A DNA stretch of 64,000 bases. Origin: Hyaloraphidium curvatum SAG 235-1. Taxonomy: Eukaryota > Fungi > Monoblepharomycota. Position 1 is the first letter of the stretch. The number at the start of each line of letters is the position of its first letter. Both the position numbers and the translations under genes were made by a program. This document shows positions 59,560 to 64,000 of the stretch, piece after piece. The stretch is from positions 525,909 to 589,908 of the forward strand of contig JAIVFI010000030.1 in assembly GCA_025558095.1 (NCBI GenBank). The letters run 5' to 3'. The notes below the pieces were generated by a model. The model ran no database searches and had not been told where the DNA came from. It worked only from the letters and a program-made list of their open reading frames with translations.

Positions 59560-60723
59560 CTTCGCGCGCGCGGGGAAGAGCATGGCGCCGCGATGGGGGT
59601 GATCAAAGACTTTGCGCTCACCGCGGTACGTGGCGCTGGGCTTGCCGAGCCTGTGCTTGCCTCGCTCTCCGCGTCGGGCATCGAGCTGTGGATGGATTCC
59701 ATCGGTGCCAAAGGCCTGCAGCACGAGTTGTACCAGGCACAGCTGGCCTGGATCCACCAGGCCATTCTGGCGGACCTTCCCGCGGGCTCCCAGCAGCGCG
59801 CCATCTGGCTTAGCGTCAAGGCCGGCCACTCGGGTGCCTGCCTGGGTGCGCAGTGCTTGGAGAAGGACACCGGCCTGGACGTCGAGGCGTTGCAGCTGAA
59901 CATCTGTACCGACCTCGGTCTCCCTGCCCCTTGGCTCTCGGCCCTACCATCGCAGCAGATGCTCTGCCCGCTCGGGTGCACTGTCGACGACGGCAGTGGC
60001 AGGCAGGTCACACGCATCCTTGCGCCGCGGGGAGCCGGCTTCCTGCACGCCTTCACGTGCCCGATAATGGGCAAGGTTGCGCGGCACAACGCGCTTGAAT
60101 CTGCGTTGGCGGATGAGCTCAAGGACAACCTCGCCTCCCGTGGCGTGGTCGTCGACCGTCGTCATCGTGGTTACCTCGAGAATGGGTTCGTGCCCAAAGA
60201 CACCACACTTGCACGAGCCCTGGACATCGGGAAAACCTCGACCGACATCGTCATCCGCCGCGTGGGCGCTCGTTCTGACCTCGTCGACGTCACCGTTGTT
60301 ACCCCCAGCGTCACGGCCTCGCGCTCGACGGACTCCCGCAACAAGACCTCGCTCCTGCGCCGCGCTGTTCAGAAGAAGGCGACGGCCCTTGCCAACCAGT
60401 TCTACGTTCCCGATCCCCCCGTGCACAACCTCGTTTGGTTTGCGGTCTCGACCTTCGGCCGCCTGCACGACGCGGCGGACGAACAGCTCCGTGTTTGGTC
60501 TCGAGAGATCTCTCCCCCGCGCACCAAATCCGACGGCAAAGACTGGGATGTCAATGGTCTCATGGCCCGCCAGACCGGCCGTCTGCGCGCCGTTGTTCAG
60601 CGGGGGCGCGTACTGGGTTGCCAACAGCTTATGAACACGTTCAAGGAAGCCTGTACCCGGCAGCTCGGCGGACATCTAACCCCTCCCCTCTTCCCCGAAT
60701 TCAATGTATATGGCGTGACGTGA
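59560..60723 (+). mobile_element. 5'-truncated CRE-clade (Cnl1/MoTeR-like) non-LTR retrotransposon; zinc knuckle and restriction-like endonuclease retained, RT lost
   Basis: ORF 59593..60723: CPLGC...HAFTC, ARHN, TDIV..DVTV, KK, FAVSTFGRL, the typical RLE C-terminus. Confidence 0.8.
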
Positions 60724-63700
60724 TGTATCGGGGTTGGGGGGCGCTCAGCGCCTGTGATAGAGATCTGACGACCCGGAGTGGTACCGGCGGGCAGCTCTTG
60801 GCGCAGCGACTCTGGCAGCGCGACCACTCTGGCACCCGAGGAGGACGGGCAGGAATGATGCGGCATCGCAGGCTGGCTCTAGTGCCCGTGCCGGTGGAGG
60901 TTTCTACAAGCACCCGCCGGCGCTGTCCTTGCAGTAGAGAACCGCGCTCGGATCCTTGGCAACGCCAAACGGAGCGCACCCGTCCGAAAATGTGTCATGG
61001 CGTTGATTCTGCCTGCACCCAGACGTCGCTGCAATGGCGTACGGCTCCGCCACGGGCACCGTAGCCAGGAACGTGGCAAGCGAGCAGTAGGGCAGAAGGC
61101 GGTCTATCGGCGAGGCACACATAGCCACGACAACACAACGGCCGGACCCAGACCATGTCCCATCCGGTCCAGCTGCCCATAGCCGTCTTTGGCAGGGCAA
61201 CAGGGCGATGTCCATGTCGGGATCCAAGCGTGACCGGCCGCGGGCGCCGGTACGCTTGCAGTCGCCGCGGGCGGGACAGATCGTCTGGAAGGCCCCGCCG
61301 GGTTCGACGCCGGCATCACACCCTCGTCCTCGTCGCCACCACAACCGCCGCAGCCCTCCTCCCCGCCTCGTACGCCCCGTGCACCGTCGACGGATACGGC
61401 CAGCTCCCCGCGTGCTCCCCCGCCATCTGCAGCCACGGCACCCCGCTCGAAGTGTTGAGCGGGCGAGCGATCTCGTCGTAGTCTGCGCGCGAGGAACCGG
61501 GCGCCATGAAGCTGTACGCGCCGAGGGAGAAGGGTTCCCGCGTCCAGGAGGTGACGGCGGAGAAGATGGGTGCGGGGAGGCCCGGGAAGGCCAGGCGGAG
61601 CTGAGCGAGGACGCGGGCGGCGGCGGCGGCGGGCGGCTGCGACTCGATCGCGCGCGCGAGCTGCCCGCCGGCGATGGCGACGACCACCGGGCTGCGCGCG
61701 GCGGGGCGGAGCGAGCGGAGGAGGACAAAGTCGTACGGCCCGCCGCGGACGTTGGAGGCGGCGAAGGTGCGCGGGCGGAAGGTGAGGGATTGGATCGATG
61801 CGGGGGGGAGGAGGGGGAGGGCCGAAGGGGGGAAGCGCAGGGCGATCTTGGCGAAGGCGCCGAAGCCGAGGCGCCGGATGGAGGCGAGCTTGGTGGCGGG
61901 GAGGGGTGGGGAGAAGGCGATCCGGTTGGCCTTCAGAACTCCTGCAATGGGGTGGAGAAGGGTGAGAGGTGTTTTGGTTCGGCGTGCGGCCTCCCTCACC
62001 TAGAGGGACGGTCAGGATGACGCGCGAGCAGCGGTACGGCCCGCGGCTGGTCGTCAGCAGCACCGTGTCTCTCACCAGCGCGACCCGCGACACGGTGACG
62101 CCGTAGGTGATGTTGAGCCCGGCCATGAGCGGGCGCAGGACCTCGAAGTAGCCGTTCCTCCAAAGCTGGCAGGGGGTAGCAGGGTGTCAGCAGAGCCGTC
62201 CCGGCCACCTTGCCTGCCGACGCACCCTATCGGCGCCGGGCACGTCGCTTGCCGAGTCGTAGTTCCACCCCGACAGCTGCGAGGGGTCGGCCGCGTACTC
62301 GTTGGCGACCTGCACCGAGGCCTGGTACTCGCGCCTCAGCCGCTCCTGTTCCGGCTGCCCCCCCGTCGCGGCGTTGATGAGCTGCAGTAGTGTGGGGTCT
62401 CGGTCTGCATTCTCGGTTGCCGTCCGCTCCTCCTCGAGGGGCCCCTCGACAAAGGCCTCCCAGTCCCCGACGGGGTCGGCCTCGACCTCCTCGCCCGAGG
62501 TGAGGAAGCTCAGCCCGGCGTCGAAGTTCGTCACCGCCGACTGGGAAAACCGCGGGCTTGCCAATCTGAAAAGGGGCCCCGACGCGGCATCCCCGTGCAG
62601 CCAGGCGGCGCCCATGTCGACGGGGAACGGCTCGTTGCCCGCGGCGCCGTTGCCCATCGGAAGCGCCCACACGCGGCCGCCGGCGCGCTGCCGCCCTTCG
62701 AGCACGACGGCGGGCACGTTGGCGGCGCGCAGGGCGGCCGCGGCGGAGAGGCCCGCCGCGCCGGCGCCGACGACGCAGACCGGGTGCGCGCGGTTCAGAG
62801 GGAGCCGCTGGGCGTCCCCCGGCGCAGAGAGCGCCGCGACGGCGGCGAGCAGCGCCGAAAAGGCAAACGCGAGGCGCATCGCGGGTTACGGCGGGGATTC
62901 GGGGCCGCGATGGGCGTTTTCTTCCTCGCTGACTCGGGGGATGCTGTGCCGGGACGCCGTTCCGCTTCGCCGCCGCGGCCGGATGCCGCAACCCGATCGT
63001 ACCTGGTTCGCGGGGGCCCTCGGCTTCGGTTTTGCCGTCCCGCGCCGCCGCACTCCCCGCGCCGATGCGGCCCTCCGGAGCTTCAGCATCGGCCGGTTCC
63101 CACGTTCCTTCCGCGCTGCAGGACCGCCACTCATCCTTGGAGGCCGCGATGGGCGGCACGGACGGCACCCGGTGCCTTGGAGCCTCGCGCAGGCCACTTT
63201 CCTCCTGTCGCCGGCGGCGCGCCATCCCTCCCGCGCGGCCCGATGCCCATCGCGCGCGACCGGAGCTTAGTTCCCGGCGAGGCGTCGCTTGCGGGGGCCT
63301 GAAGCCGGCGCGGACGACTCTCGGCGGGCCGGGGACTGCGGGCGACTCGCCCCACGCTGTCCCCGCTGTTCGCAGCCGCGAACGCGTTCCCCCTCCTTCG
63401 CGCCGGCCGGCCGAACCCCGTGCCGACCGTCGACGTCCCCCCCTCAGCGATGTGCTCGCTGGGAGCGATTCGCCGCGATGGGCGGCGCGGGCGGCACGCT
63501 GGGCCTCGGTGCGCCCCTCCCTCCTCCTCTCTCCGGCAGCGGCGCGCCGTCCTTCGCGCGCTGCCACCCCTCCGTGGCACGCGTTCGCACTGGACCATGA
63601 CGCGTCGTGCTACCGGCTGCTGCGCGCCTCGCGGAAGGCCGGCACCGCGGGGGGAAGGCCTCGCGCGCGACGCCTCCCGACGACGACCTGCGGAGGCGGA

Positions 63701-63847
63701 GCCGCTCGCTCCGCCCGCGTGCGATGTCGTAGGAGCCTGCGGACCAACCTCGTCAGCCAGCCCCACGCGTGCACCATGGCAGATGGGAAGGACCGCCCGG
63801 TGCGCGAGATTGCTAGGATCGGCAGCTTCGAGGAGCTTCCCAGTGCT
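60534..63847. repeat. 3.3-kb segmental duplication, telomere-capped copy
   Basis: Same as 37862-41175 apart from 3 substitutions seen in the first ~110 bp. Confidence 0.97.
61316..62879 (-). CDS. Secreted flavin-containing amine oxidase, copy 2
   Basis: ORF translations identical to copy 1. Confidence 0.92.
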
Positions 63848-64000
63848 TAGGGGTAGGTTAGGTTAGGTTAGGTTAGGTTAGGTTAGGTTAGGTTAGGTTA
63901 GGTTAGGTTAGGTTAGGTTAGGTTAGGTTAGGTTAGGTTAGGTTAGGTTAGGTTAGGTTAGGTTAGGTTAGGTTAGGTTAGGTAGGTTAGGTTAGGTTAG
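63847..64000 (+). repeat. Telomere, (TTAGG)n
   Basis: ~30 TTAGG units to the end of the window, G-rich strand running towards the end; irregular first units TTAGGGG TAGG. Confidence 0.95.

Noticed and set aside
60755-60800. Hammerhead ribozyme in the retroelement 3' UTR (CTGACGA + CCGG hairpin)
   Set aside because: The required GAAA core after stem II is missing
1-64000. CRISPR array, rRNA, Fanzor/TnpB, DDE transposase or tyrosine recombinase
   Set aside because: No repeat-spacer pattern or diagnostic motifs seen in any frame

Overview
Right-hand end of a linear chromosome from a very GC-rich, gene-dense eukaryote with short GT-AG introns (typically 50-100 nt, CTGAC/CTAAC-like branch points). 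The style fits an early-diverging fungus such as a Monoblepharidomycete (inference only). The window ends in a (TTAGG)n telomere, which caps a near-identical 3.3-kb duplicate (60534-63847) of an internal segment (37862-41175). Both copies begin inside a CRE/Cnl1/MoTeR-type RLE non-LTR retrotransposon. Other content: a compact candidate biosynthetic module (4CL-like acyl-CoA ligase head-to-head with a stand-alone type-I-PKS-like ketosynthase, then an SDR); an adjacent run of intronless bacterial-looking genes (two-TM protein, IlvA+ACT, secreted DUF2202, NeuD/PglD acetyltransferase); two intron-containing tRNA-Glu genes plus a tRNA-Glu 3' fragment; coatomer zeta; SulP; an ECH; an EF-hand protein; a GR/7TMIC-like membrane protein; secreted Cys-rich proteins; several pseudogenes and orphan islands. 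Exon boundaries were read by eye and are approximate.
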